DNA from: Chiloscyllium plagiosum
Taxonomy: Eukaryota
Direction: 5' to 3'
Assembly (NCBI RefSeq): GCF_004010195.1
Contig: NC_057753.1
Span: 11,444,241 to 11,487,801 of the forward strand
Length of the DNA: 43,561 nucleotides
Of this stretch, positions 11,423 through 23,424 are shown one piece after another. The notes beneath the pieces were generated by a model. It saw only the letters and a list, made by a program, of their open reading frames with translations. It was not told the origin of the DNA and made no database searches. Position 1 is the stretch's first letter, and every line of letters starts with the position of its first letter. The position numbers and the translations under genes are program-made.

Positions 11423-12681
11423 TTCGTTGGTGGTTACATGTGGTCTCGTGTAAATATTTGTTGTATTTTTGCTCCCTGGAGCTCGGGATCTGGGAAATGT
11501 TTTGAATTAAGTATACATTTTGGAAATCCATGGTGATTTTAAAGTGTTGTCTGTATCAGTGTGGATCATGCATGGTTAATGCAATGTCCCTTTTTTTTAA
11601 TTAAGAAAGATTTTTTATTCTTCACAAAATTATAAAACTTCAAAAATAGAACAATCTGATAGCCATAAACTATCGTTGCTATACTAACTATTAATCTACC
11701 ACACATAATAGAAAAGAAAAACCACCCAAACTGCAGTTTAATAAATAATTGAACAGAATAATTGAAATAATTAAATTAAATTATACTATCCAGTGCAGCC
11801 CCACCAAAGCTCCACATCCTCAGGAGCATCAGTTAGCATGCCCACATTTATTTGGGATTCTTCCTCTCAGGGTACCCAGCCCAGCAGGCCCAAGTCTCGT
11901 GGCTAAACAAAAACTTGAGTTAATATAGCCAACAAGTCTGCTTCTATATAGTTCAAAAAAAAAGGCCACCATGTCTTATTTTAAAAAAAGGTTCTGCTTT
12001 CTACTGCATCATACTTGTAAGGAAGTCGAGGGGCACGTGTCCCGTAACCAGTCAGCGCCACCCTGAGAGAGACGGAGGACTTTCTGAGATCCAGCTCGTC
12101 AGCCTGTTCTTCCCCGTGCAATACATAAGAATATTAAACCGCTTCTTCCCGTGCCGATCGCGATAGGCGGACTCCGTAAGCACAAAAGAAGAGAGCCCCA
12201 GAACCCCCATCGAGACACTTGCTATAGCGCCCCAGTATTTGCAAAGCGTACCGTGTGACCACCAAACAGTGGGGTGCGTGCGCCAATATCTATTTTGCAC
12301 TTGGGACACATTGGAGGTGCTCCTTTTTTAAATTTCGCGAGCTGTTCTGGGGCCAAAGTGAAGGACTTTCAGCTTGTGTTCTGTCACATTCTCCCAAATG
12401 TCTTCCCGTACCTCTGAAGAGAGCTCCACTCCCAGTTCGTGCGCCCAGACCCCCATGCAGCTGTTCAATAACTTTCGAGGTCCCACCTCCCAGTAGATGG
12501 TAGCAGGTACTCAGGGAGAGGGTACCTCTGGTCTGAAGCACTCTCCTTTCTGCATCAGGCCCTTGTCAGTCAACCCACAGTGCGGTCTTTTTCCGAATAA
12601 AGTCCCCAATCTGAAAATAACAAAAGAGCTCCCTGGTGGGCAATTCATATTTACAGCTCAACTGATCAAAGGGCATCGTGG

Positions 12682-13005
12682 TGTGGCACGGTGGCTCAGT
12701 GGTTAGCACTGCTGCCTCACAGCACTAGGGACCCGGGTTCAATCCAGTCTCGGGCAACTGACTGTGTGGAGTTTGCACGTTCTCTCCGTGTCTGCGTGGG
12801 TTTTCTCCGGGCGCTCTGGTTTCCTCCCACAGTCCAAAGATGTGCAGGTTAAGTGAATGGGCCATGCGAAATTGCCCATAGTTTTAGGTGGATTAGTCAG
12901 GGTAAGTGCAGGGGAATGGGTCTGGTGGGGTTGCTCTTCAGAGGGTCGGTGTGGACTTGTTGGGCCGAAGGGCCTGTTTCCACGCTGTAGCTAATCTAAT
13001 CTAAT
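12682..13005 (+). mobile_element. V-SINE (HE1-like)
   Basis: SINE consensus with TAATC tail. Confidence 0.9.
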
Positions 13006-13189
13006 CATGACTTCCCCTTCAAATCAGTCTCCTAGATGAGCGACCCAACCCCTGCTCACCCATGACATAAACCAGAATCCATTCACCCTGGCCAAAATCC
13101 TGGCATTCCTACTATGGGGGTGAGAAAGGAAGTTTTAGTAAGCTGTCCTCGCTTTCTCGCATCATTCCCCACACTCAGATAATTGCCTT

Positions 13190-13612
13190 AGGAAGAAAGG
13201 TTGAATAAGCTCAGACTTTTCTCTCTGGAGAGAAGGAGGAAGAGAGGTGACCTGATTGAGGTATACAGGGTAATGAGTGGAATAGATAGAGTCAATAGCC
13301 AGAGACTTTTCCCCAGGGCAGGATTGACTGGTACGAGGGGTTATAGTTTGAAGATATTAGGAGGAAGGTATAAAGGACCCGTCAGAGGTAGGTTCTTTAC
13401 GCAGAGAGTTGTGAATGCGTGGAATGCGTTGCCAGCGGTGGTGGTGGAAGCAGGGTCATTGGGGACATTTAAGTGACTGCTGGACATGCACACGGATAGC
13501 AGTGAATTGAGGGCTGCGTAGGTTAGGTTACTATATTTTACATTAGGATTAAACCTCGGCACAACGTTGTGGGCCAAAGGGCCTGTTCTGTGCTGTACTT
13601 TTCTATGTTCTA
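13190..13612 (+). mobile_element. CR1 3' fragment inserted in L1
   Basis: LFSLERRRKRGDLIEVY...FFTQRVVNAWNALP. Confidence 0.85.
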
Positions 13613-14884
13613 TGATATTGATGATAATCGGGTTCTGGCAATAACCCGCCACTGCCCTCATCTTATCCATCAATTTGATAAGGGGTCACTTTGCCTGGGA
13701 GGCCTCAATATCCACCTCTGAACCTGACAAGCCCAATCATTCACAGAGACTGAGAGAGCGCTTTTGAGATCTGGAAAGTCTCCCTCCTTTTCCCCCCCAC
13801 CCCCGCAACTCCACCGAATTTCCTGGGGAAACCGCAACTTGCCAACCTTAATGAGAGGCCGTGTGCAACGCCAAATAAAAGAACTGAGCAATTGTTAAGT
13901 CTCCGCGACGTTTGCCTCCGCACTGTCACAGGGAGAGCATGCGCAAGGGACATAAAAAGCGAGGAAGAACATTCATTTTATTCCGAGCTATTCAACCCAA
14001 CCTAGATATTGGAAAAGCCTCCTGGTGCTGAAGCTCTTGCCTTGTCTTCTCAAACAAGTGCACCAAAGTAGCCTAGTTTGAGAAGACAAGGCAAAAGCAG
14101 GGGGTAACGAAGATACCTAGGTATGGAAAACCTCCCAGTGATCACCTGCAAGGGAACTAGGCCTCACCTTGGAGATCCACTAAGGCCCCCTTTCATAAAA
14201 TTTATCTTATACCCTGAGAAAGAGCCAAGTAAGGTGATGTGTTGTGTCGGGCGAGGTACAGACGCTGTCGGGTTTGACAGGAAAAGGAGAGCGTCATCTG
14301 GGTAAAGAGTGATCTTCTGACCCCTGACCTCACCTCCGGGGTGACCACATTGGGTTCCCCCTGGATAGCCTCCGCCAGCGGCTCAATCACCAGCGTGAAC
14401 AGCCATGGTGAGAGGGAACAACCTTGCCGGCTGCCTCTACCAATACTGAAATGATCAGACCTCGCGCTGCTAGGAAGGACCGCTGCCATAGGGCCCGCTA
14501 TATAGCACTTCCACCCATTTGGTGAAAACCCCACCAAGACCAAAGTGCTCCAGAACATAAAAAGCTATGGCCATTCTATCCGGTCAAACGCCTTCTCAGC
14601 ATCTCGGGAGACCACCAAGCCCAGCATCGATCTCTGCTGGCACACCAGACCACGTTCGGCACACTTTTGATATTACTAGAGGACCTACGGGCCTTTAACA
14701 AAACCTGTCTGATCCTGCTTTACAATCAAGGGCAACACCTTCTCCACTTCTGCCTTAGACAGAGTTTTAAAATCCGAGTTTAGCGGTGAGATGGGTCTGT
14801 ACGAAGCGCAGTCCTCTGGGGCTTTCCCTCTCTTGAGAATGAGGGGTATCAGCTCCTCTCAAAGACGACGCCATGCCACTAAGA

Positions 14885-15280
14885 ATTCTTGCGAGTTTCT
14901 TTGTTTTGCCTTCCATACATACAAAGATGGACAGCACTTTGACTGGGATAACACACACACCCTAGGACAGGTGAAACAAAGACGTGCACGAGGATTCTTA
15001 GAGGCATGGCACTCTAACCAGAACTCCATCAATAAACGCATCGATTTTTTTTTTTCCCTGTCTACCTTCCCTTAAAAAAAAACAGAAATGACATCACCCA
15101 CCTTAAGAGACCAAGATCTAGAAATAGAGAGGCAGGACCTACCACCAGCACTTCACTGGAGATTCTCGCTGATTATATTACCTAGTCATGATGATGAAAT
15201 GTCTGAAAACAAACCTTCCCACTCACTGAGCTAACTTACATACTTATCATCAACCTGAGCTATAAATCTTCTCAAAAAAT
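14885..15280 (+). mobile_element. Penelope-like element 3' end (GIY-YIG C-terminus + pseudo-LTR, degenerate HHR)
   Basis: HFDWDNTHTLGQ...RARGFLEAWHSNQNSINK; tail CTGAGCTATAAATCTTCTC similar to that at ~34500. Confidence 0.8.
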
Positions 15281-15643
15281 TGCTAGTTGTTTAGATTGTG
15301 GGGAAGTACGCAGGGGACTCCTAGACATCCTGTCCACTGTGGGATCCATGAGACAATGAGTCTCCCCCTATGATCATATGGCGCACTCCAAGGGCCACTG
15401 ACCTGGAAAGTCCATCCGTTAAAAATTTAAGGGGGTAGTCAACATTCTGGATATTGTATTCCTCACCACGTATTCGAGCTTTAAAGATCACAAACCATCT
15501 GTATTCATCCTTAATTCGGTCTAATAACTGAAATGGGACATTCTTCTGGACAAGAATGGCCACTCCCCTGCTTTTTGAGTTAAAAGACAAAAGAAACACC
15601 TGGCCGTACCCTCCCTGCTGCAACTTTAAATGCTCCTTGTCAT

Positions 15644-16469
15644 TGTTATGATGGGTGTAGAGGTACTGTACCTTTAAGAGAGTTAAAAAGCTAGCAAGGA
15701 CTTGGAGAAGCACAGAGAGTCTGGAACAAGGCAACAATGTAACATTTGGTCGAAGTTAAAAATCACACAACACCAAGTTATAGTCCAACAGGTTTAATTG
15801 GAAGCACTAGCTTTCGGAGCGCTGCTCCTTCATCAGGTGGTTGTGTCCAAATCATTTGGTTGAAACAGCTAGAGTAGATGGGTTGCCATGAGACACAAAC
15901 AAATTCAAATTTGGCCAAACAGTTTAAATTATGCTCCAAGATACCAAACTCCAATCAAGTTTGAATTTGGTTTTAACATTATCAAAATACTAATGAAACG
16001 ATCCAATGTTTTGGGGTATAAAACCAAATGTTTTTTGAACAGTTGAGGGAGAACTGCCAAAGACCAATAGGCTGCTAGTTTAAGAGCTCTCATAAAGGTA
16101 CTGTCTGTGGAAGAAGCTTGTACAGCAGGACATAGAAACCGACCTGGAAAGAGAATCTATGGAGGAAATTCAGCAAAGCTGACTGGTTTTGAAATATAGT
16201 TAATTTATTTGTAAATCAGAATCTGGATTTTTAAAATCAGAATAGTATTGAAGAGGGGGAGGTAAAATATAGGTTTAACAGAAACCAATTGTAAATAATT
16301 GTTAGTCGTTATCCTCTGTTAGACTTAAAGAATAAAGTTATTAATTTTTACTTTAGTGACTTTGGGGATAGTTGGTCGTCTCTTGAATTTTAACAGATTA
16401 CAGCACAGGGTGAATCTTTTCTGTGTTGCTGGTTTAAATTAGCAGAGGGGTTTACCCCATGTCATAACA
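15644..16469 (+). mobile_element. Solo LTR (probably Gypsy-type) inserted in the L1 endonuclease domain
   Basis: Termini TGTTATGA...TCATAACA, 4-bp TSD TCAT/TCAG, AATAAA at 16331; L1 sequence resumes on both sides. Confidence 0.85.
15805..15839 (-). ncRNA. Minimal hammerhead ribozyme (PLE family B)
   Basis: CAC-CTGATGA-A-GGAGC-AGC-GCTCC-GAAA-GC-TA-GTG: intact core with stems I and II. Confidence 0.8.
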
Positions 16470-16861
16470 TCAGCGGGATGGATATCTTGCAAGAGAGCGA
16501 TGTCAACCCTCTCCTTTCTAAGGCTCAAAAGTACTTATTTTCTCTCAATCAGTGAGTGACTTCCTTTAATGTTCCAAGTGCACCATTTAAAGGCATGATG
16601 AGCCATAATCGTCTGAGACAACATGCAAACCCGCCCCCCCCCCTCCCCCCAAGAGGAAGAACACCGTTCACCATGCTACAAAAACTACCAAAACTATACG
16701 TCTAAAAACTGCACCTACAATCAACCAATATAAAAAATCAGATAAAAGGAGACCTTTACCCCCTTGCCCATAGGGGGCACTACCCTTAAGCACCTCCATG
16801 GCTCCTACCAGTTGAAGCCGTGCCCCAAACCCAGGCAAACAAGAAGTAGAGAGTATGTGAA

Positions 16862-17149
16862 TTTAGACTAGATTCCCCACAGTGTGGGTACAGGCCCCTT
16901 GGCCCAACAAGTCCACATCCACCCTCCAAAGAGCAACCCACCCTCCCCCTCTGACTAATGCACCTAATGCATTATGGACAATTTAGCATAGCCAATTCAC
17001 CTAGCCTGCATGTCTTTGGATTGTGGGAGGGAGCCGGAGCACCCGGAGGAAAAACACGGTGCGAACTCCACACAGACAGTTGCCCGAGGCTGGAGTCAAA
17101 CCTGGGACCCTGCTGCTGTGAGGCAGCAGTGCTGACCACTGTGACGCCC
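16862..17149 (-). mobile_element. V-SINE (HE1-like)
   Basis: Reverse complement of SINE consensus. Confidence 0.85.
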
Positions 17150-17160
17150 ATTACAGCACC

Positions 17161-17215
17161 GCGACGGTTGGGAATCGAACCCAGGCAGCTATGCTCACCA
17201 CTATACCACCATCAC
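17161..17215 (-). pseudogene. tRNA-Gly-derived pseudogene lacking most of the anticodon arm
   Basis: GTGATGGTGGTATAGTGGTGAGCATAGCTGCC/TGGGTTCGATTCCCAACCGTCGC resembles tRNA-Gly(TCC) with a ~16-nt internal deletion. Confidence 0.8.
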
Positions 17216-18131
17216 CGTTCTTTCAAACAAAGAGGTTAGACGTGAGCATTTCGCCCAGCCCCGCCCATAGATCGACCCCTGTCATTGATGGTAAAAATCA
17301 ACAAAAGAGGAGTTCCGGCAATGTTTCCCAAACCCCAGGAAAGTGAAAAGGGAAGAGAATGAGTAAAATATTGGAGGGAAGAAACCCAATGAACAAAGCA
17401 AAAACAGGAAAAGAAAAGGAAAAAAAAAATTATTGTCCACTTTGCTTCATCTAGCCAGTCTATTTTAAAAAAGTCCTTTGCCTTTTCTGATGAATCAAGG
17501 ATATGAGTGACCCTCCCTTAATTCCTTGCGAGATCAAGAATTTATCAATCTCTGCCTTGAAGACACCTAATGTCCTGGCCTCCACTGCGCTCCATGGCAA
17601 TGCATTCCACAGGCCCACCACTCTCTGGCTGAAGATGAGGCGTAACACTGCCGGGTACCCTAAAATATCCAGGTCCCTCAGCCTCCTCTTTATTTCATCA
17701 AAAGATTTCCTCTCATGGATCACGGCCGCATGAAGAATATGATTTTTGACCCCTTGTAAATCAGGGCCTGTGGACCCTCCCCGAGCATTCTGGAAGCTTC
17801 CAGTATCTCCTGCTTGTCTCTGTGTGATTGGAATCGCACTCAGACTGGGCGGGGGCGCAGATCCGACCCAGCCACGGTATGCCCACTCGACCTCATCCAC
17901 GCGCTGCCCGACATTCTGCATCTCCTGCTCTTGCTTCTGCAGTGTGGCCGAGATCGGTTCTAGCCCGGCACGGGTCTCCTCCGTCGCTGACTCGATCTTG
18001 TCTCAGAGTTTAACAAGCTCCAATGCCAGGCTCTACTTTACAGGTCAGGCTAGCAGGGACTCTACAGAGGTCAGTGCTGCAGCCATGGCTGTGTCTGTTG
18101 TTGCAGGGTGGTGCCCTGCTTGTTGCAATCT

Positions 18132-18720
18132 GGGTGGTGTGGCGGCTCAGTGGTTAGCACTGCTGCCTCACAGCACCAGGGACCCGGGTTCGATTCCAGC
18201 CTCGGGCAATTGTCTGTGTGGAGTTTGCACATTCTCACCCGATACGGGCTGGGTGCTGGCAGGTGGGACTAGATTGGGTTGGGATATCTGGTCAGCATGG
18301 ACGGGTTGGACCAAAGGGTCTGTTTCCATTCTATGACTCTATGTCTGTGTGGGTTTCCTTCCACGATCCAAAGCTGTCTGGTCAGGGTGTATTGGCCATA
18401 CTAAATTACCCATAGTGCCCAGAGATGTGCAGGTTAGGGTGGATTGGCCGTGCTAAATTGCCCATAGTGCCCAGGGTCATGCAGATTAGGGTGAATTGGC
18501 CATGCTAATTATCCCCTGGTGTTCAGGGATGTGAAGGGTAGGTGCATTAGTCAGGTGTAAATATAGGGTAGGGAAATGGGTCTGCGTGGGTTACTCTTCA
18601 GAGGGTTAGTGTGGACTTGTTGGGCTGAAGGGCCTGTTTCCACACTGTAGGGATTCAGGTCCTGATGAAGGGCTTACATCCGAAACATCGATCTCCTGCT
18701 CCTCAGAAACTGCCTGACCT
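18132..18720 (+). mobile_element. Composite V-SINE with CR1 tail insert and ~52-bp internal tandem units, followed by a family A HHR element at 18661
   Basis: SINE head, repeated GGCCATGCTAAATTGCCCATAGTG-like units; CTGATGAAGGGCTTACATCCGAAAC. Confidence 0.8.
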
Positions 18721-18724
18721 CTCA

Positions 18725-20012
18725 GTACTGGTGTAAATCAAAACCTGCCAGGAAATGTTGATTTTTAAAAATTTGGTCTGAAAGATTAGTGAAATTTATC
18801 TCTCAGAATTGGAATTTATCATGCTTGGAATTTTATTTTCTGGCCAGAGTGAACTGTCAAATACTGTTTTAGTCAAATATACTCTTTAATTCCAGCTGAC
18901 ACAATTTTCTTGTACTTTGTGAAAATTGGCATTTTGGAAATGCAAACTTGTTTGAACTAGATTTTGGATTAGTGATGCTGGAAGAGCACAGCAGTTCAAG
19001 CAGCATCCGAGGAGCAGTAAGATCGGCGTTTCGGGCAAAAGCCCTTCATCAGGAATAAAGGCCCAAAACGTTGATTTTACTGCTCCTCGGATGCTGCCTG
19101 AACTGCTGTGCTCTTCCAGCACCACTAATCCAGAATCCGGTTTCCAGCATCTGCAGTCATTGTTTGTACTGAACTAGGTTTTGGTCAAGTGTTCTAAAAT
19201 CTGTAAAATAAAACTGATGAAGATGTGGCGGTGACATTGAACGACATTCGGGTATTGAACGAGATGTGGGGACACCCATCCTTGTCAGTGCTAGTGTAAA
19301 TAGGCTGTAACCATCATGGAACACCCGTTCTGTACCCTCTGTATAGGTCAGGGAACTAAGACTGTGAACGAAATCTTGAGCAACCTGCAACTTGACAGTG
19401 CTAATTACAGGAGAAAGTGAGGGCTGCAGATGCTGGAGATCAGAGCTGAAAATGTGTTGCTGGAAAAGCGCAGCAGGTCAGTTCAAATAGACTAGTGCTA
19501 ATTACAGCTCCAGTAAATGAAACGGAAAGATCTGATTGGATCTTTGGGGTGGTCTCACTCCATCAGCCATGTTGACCCCTTGGGCTGGTGTGGACAGAGA
19601 CAGGGGATTGGCCAGTGCTGTAGAAAATTTCAGAAAGAGACCTTCAGTATTGGCCAACGTTATTTCACTACTTATCACGGGAAACAGCCAGTAAAACTGC
19701 TTCGAAATTACAATTCAGCTTGAGGTTTAGAGGAGCCTCAATTGTCTGAATTTCGGAGTATCCGAAGAAGATCTCAAGGTCCAGCTTGAGATACGTGTAT
19801 TTGATTTACCTGTACTGAAGAACATGTGAAAATGCTGGCAAGAACAAAGAAACACAAGCAGCTCAAGCGACTGGATATTTTTTCGGTAAGGGTTAATTTC
19901 ACAGCCCTGAAGTGTTTTACAGGGTATTCCCATCACTTTACTGAGCTGTTCATGAACAAAATGGCCGACAAAGTAAACGCATGCATGAGGCAGTGCTTCT
20001 GTCTTTGGAGTC
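18725..20012 (+). pseudogene. Candidate endogenous viral element: decayed Mononegavirales L (RdRp) N-terminal region
   Basis: Colinear YLSELEFIMLGIL (18797), WGHP (19267), TGDWPVL (WP 19609), SEEDL..FDLP (F 19800), DKA-like..SDW (W 19872), SKRMHEAVL (19972); needs frameshifts and stops. Confidence 0.55.
18961..19169. mobile_element. Inverted (head-to-head) pair of family A PLE elements
   Basis: ~75-bp arms 18960-19036 / 19062-19138; TGAACTAG duplicated at 18953 and 19170. Confidence 0.8.
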
Positions 20013-20069
20013 CTAGAGTCATAGAGATGTACAGTTTCCGGGAACTCAATGTCGCGATAGAATTCTATT

Positions 20070-20845
20070 CGTTTTAAAATAGTGATGGAAAAGGATAGAC
20101 CAGATGTAAAAGTTGAAGTTCTAAATTGGAGAATGGCTAATGTTGACAGTGTTAGGCAAGAACTTTCAAAAGCTGATTGGTAAAGGGACGGCTGGAAAAT
20201 GGGAAGCCTTCAGAAATGAGATAGCGAGAATCCAGAGAAAGTATATTCCTGTCAGGGAAAGCTGGTAGGTGTAGGGAATGCTGGATGACTAAAGAAATTG
20301 AGGGTTTGGTTAAGAAAAAGAAGGAAGCATATGTCAGGTACAGACAGGATAGATCGAGTGAATCCTTAGAAGAGTATAAAGGAAGTAGAAATATACCTAA
20401 GAGGGAAATCAGGAGGGCAAAATGAGATAGCTTTGGCAAATAGAGTTAAGGAGAATCCAAAGAGTTTTTACAAATACATTAAGGACAAAAGGTAGACCAG
20501 GGAGAGAATAGGGCCCCTCCTGATGAAGGGCTTTTGCCCGAAACGTCGATTTTACTGCTCCTCGGATGCTGCCTGGACTGCTGTGCTTTTCCAGCACCAC
20601 TCTAATCTAGACCCTCCCCTCAAAGATCAGCAAGGCGGCCTTTGTGTGGAGCCGCAGGAGATGGGGGAGATACTAAACGAATATTTGGCATCAGTATTTA
20701 CTGTGAAAAAGGATATAGAAGATATAGAATGTAGGGAAATAGATGGTGACATCTTGAAAAATGTCCATATTACAGAGGAGGAAGTGCTGGATGTCTTGAA
20801 ACACATGAAAGTGGATAAATCCCCAGGACCTGTTCGGGTGTACCT
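20070..20845 (+). mobile_element. CR1 ORF2 middle fragment with an HHR element inserted at ~20519-20614
   Basis: Highly similar to 2303-2870; LKDQQGGLCVEPQEMGEILNEY. Confidence 0.85.
20520..20547 (+). ncRNA. Minimal hammerhead ribozyme core (family A)
   Basis: CTGATGA-A-GGGC-TTTT-GCCC-GAAA-CG-TC; stem I weak. Confidence 0.72.
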
Positions 20846-20999
20846 AGATTCATTAATATTAGAGATTTAAACAGATTCTCCGGTAGAGCACAGCGTTAGA
20901 TCAGTATTGCTTCCTTTGTTTAAGATAAAATCAATTATCCGAACGAAATAGTGCCCGCCCATCTCGTTCGGAAAATACAAGGTTCCTCTGTATACAGGA

Positions 21000-21172
21000 A
21001 GATAATTCTCAATGTATAATTTCAGTTACATCACACTGTAAAATTTTGCTATAAATTCTGTGCCTTAGAATTGTGTCCTCCACAACCACCTGATGAAGGA
21101 GCGTCACTCCGAAAGCTAGTGTGCTTCCAATTAAACCTGTTGGACTATAACCTGGTGTTGTGTGATTTTTAA
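21000..21172 (+). mobile_element. PLE family B pseudo-LTR with HHR (21087-21121)
   Basis: 15-bp TSD CCTCTGT(A/T)TACAGGA at 20985 and 21173; CACCTGATGAAGGAGCGTCACTCCGAAAGCTAGTG. Confidence 0.85.
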
Positions 21173-21509
21173 CCTCTGTTTACAGGATTTCAGCTGATAA
21201 TTTACATTAATTGGACGCAGTACGAGATGGCCTGCTTGCACCTGCATTGGACAGAGTGGAGGTCTTGCCAAAAATGTATATTAAAAGGTCTATTGTTTTA
21301 GGTTTGTGTCAATACTTTGAAGTTACTTTGTAACCCCTCCCCTGCTGATTTAACGACATTCCATAGATAAAGTATTTCATGAGTTATGCAGAAGCGTGCT
21401 TAGGGTTATCAGAGGACAAAACCTTAAATCAAGAAAAGGCAGCACGGTAAGTAAAGGAAAAACAGGGACTATTCAGGAAAGGACCTAAATTCTTCACTGA
21501 ACCCTTTTA

Positions 21510-22456
21510 TTTATTTATTTATTTTTTTGAGACACAGTGGAAGACACAAAGTGCACAAATCTTTATTCAATTTCCACCACCAGGAAGATAGGAAAACACC
21601 CGGGTGGCCAGTGACAAACACTGCCCTTCACATCAAAGGGCAAGCACACCTGTTTTTTTTCTTTTTTTTTCTTTTTTTNNNNNNNNNNNNNNNNNNNNNN
21701 NNNNNNNNNNNNNNNNNNNNNNNNNNNNNNNNNNNNNNNNNNNNNNNNNNNNNNNNNNNNNNNNNNNNNNNNNNNNNNNNNNNNNNNNNNNNNNNNNNNN
21801 NNNNNNNNNNNNNNNNNNNNNNNNNNNNNNNNNNNNNNNNNNNNNNNNNNNNNNNNNNNNNNNNNNNNNNNNNNNNNNNNNNNNNNGTCGTCGAACAGGA
21901 GCTGCGTGTCGTAGTTGAGGTTACGCACCTGGCGGAAAAAATAGGAGGAGGCTCGACGTAAAGGTATCGCCGCAAGGTCTGAAGGCGGAAGGTCGCGACC
22001 TGGGTGCGGACGCACACCAGCGACTGACCGCCCTCCTCAATAGGGAGACTCAGAACCTGCGCGGCGACCCAGTGCATCTTTTTGTCCCAGAAGAAATCGA
22101 CCAACGTTCTCTGGATGTCAGTGACAAAGACAGGAGGAGGGACCAAAGTGACCAGCCGGTACCACAGCATGGCGGCCACCAGCTGGTTTATGACCAGCGC
22201 TCGACTCCTGTAAGATAGCACTCGGAGCAGTCCTGTCCAGCGGCCTAGGCGAGCCGAGACTTTGGCCTCCAGCTCCTGCCAGTTGGCCGGCCAGGATTCC
22301 TCAGCCGGGCTGAGGTAGACCCCCAGGTAGAGGAGATGGGTGGTACTCCAGCTGAACCCCCGTAACTCCTCCGGCAGAGAGTCCACCCGCCACGGGCCGA
22401 CCAGTAGTCCGGAACATTTGGCCCAGTTGACCCTGGCGGAAGACGCCGCTGAGTAC
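21510..22456 (-). mobile_element. Tx1-clade LINE ORF2 fragment (spans gap)
   Basis: ARVNWAKCSG...YLGV...LSYRSRALVINQLVAAMLWY...LPIEEGG; T-rich tail; AACCCTTTT at both flanks. Confidence 0.85.
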
Positions 22457-22544
22457 AACCCTTTTTTTTTATTCTAGGAGTCTCAAATTAACAGACGTTT
22501 ATCTGAGTTTTACTAATTGCAGGCTGATAATTAATTGCAGACCG

Positions 22545-23146
22545 TTTAGATTCCCTGCAGTGTGGAAACAGGCCCTCCGGCCCAACAAGTCCACATCGAC
22601 CTTCCGAGGAGTAATCCACCCAGACCCATTCCCCTATCCTATATTTACCCCTGACTAATGCATTACGGGCAATTTAGCATGGCCAATTCACCTGACCTGC
22701 ACGTCTTTAGCTTGTGGGAGGAAACCCACGCAGACACGGGGCGGAATGGCTAATCCACCCGAACCTCGCAGCGTCAGAGATCCGGGTTCAATTCCCGCCT
22801 CAGGCGACTGACTGTGTGGAGTTTGCACGTTCTCCCCGTGTCTGTGTGGGTTTCCTCCGGGTGCTCCGGTTTCCTCCCACAGTCCAAAGATGTGCACGTC
22901 AGGTGAATTGGCCATGTTAAATTACCCGTAGTGTTAGGTAAGGGGTAAATGTAGGGGTACTGGTGGGTTGCGCTTCGGCGGGGTTGTGTGGACTTGTTGG
23001 GCCGTAGGGCCTGTTTCCACACTGTAAGTAATCTAATCTAATCTAATCTAAATGTGCTACTTCACACAGACAGTTGCCCGAGGCAGGAATCGAACCAGGT
23101 TCCTGGCGCTGTGAGACAGCAGTGCTGACCACTGAGCCAACATGCT
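22545..23146. mobile_element. Nested V-SINEs (plus copy ~22785-23051 inside a minus copy)
   Basis: SINE consensus in both orientations. Confidence 0.85.
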
Positions 23147-23424
23147 ACAAGAATTCATTCTCTTGTACAGAACAGGACTGACCACTGTTAATTTTCAATA
23201 ATGATTTGTTTCTTATGGGTAAAACTTCATCTCATCCCTCCAGGGTCAGGTCAGACTATGACACAGAATCTCGTTAGACAGTTAGTTACAAATTTCTCTC
23301 GATAATGACTTTTAGGGTAGTTAACGCTCAATGAAAATGGCTTCCAGGGCCACAAAATTACTTCCACAATATCTCCTTTTTTCTCGTTTGAGATCAAAAG
23401 AATAGGTCCGGAGACTCAAGAGAG

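Larger units (their letters stand above)
11590..18110 (-). mobile_element. Fragmented near-full-length L1-clade LINE (ORF1 ~17460-18110; ORF2 from ATG 16606; A-rich tail ~11590) with many nested insertions
   Basis: WCTWNIKG...DIALLQ (16606-16480), SKSRGVAIL endonuclease, DAEKAFDRIEW and GSRQGCSLSPWLF RT, FIWR..RP, C-terminal W-rich region; ORF1-like YPAVLRL. Confidence 0.85.
20856..23368 (-). mobile_element. ERV 3' LTR split by PLE, Tx1 and SINE insertions (left end approximate)
   Basis: Starts TGTGGAAGTAATTTTGTGGCCCTGG, similar to the 35291 LTR start; preceded by polypurine tract GAGAAAAAAGGAGA (23385-23372); 21225-21357 aligns with 34748-34857. Confidence 0.72.

Noticed and set aside
13900..13960. 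GCATGCGCA (NRF1-like) motif as a third promoter
   Set aside because: Lies within decayed L1 ORF2 coding sequence on the minus strand
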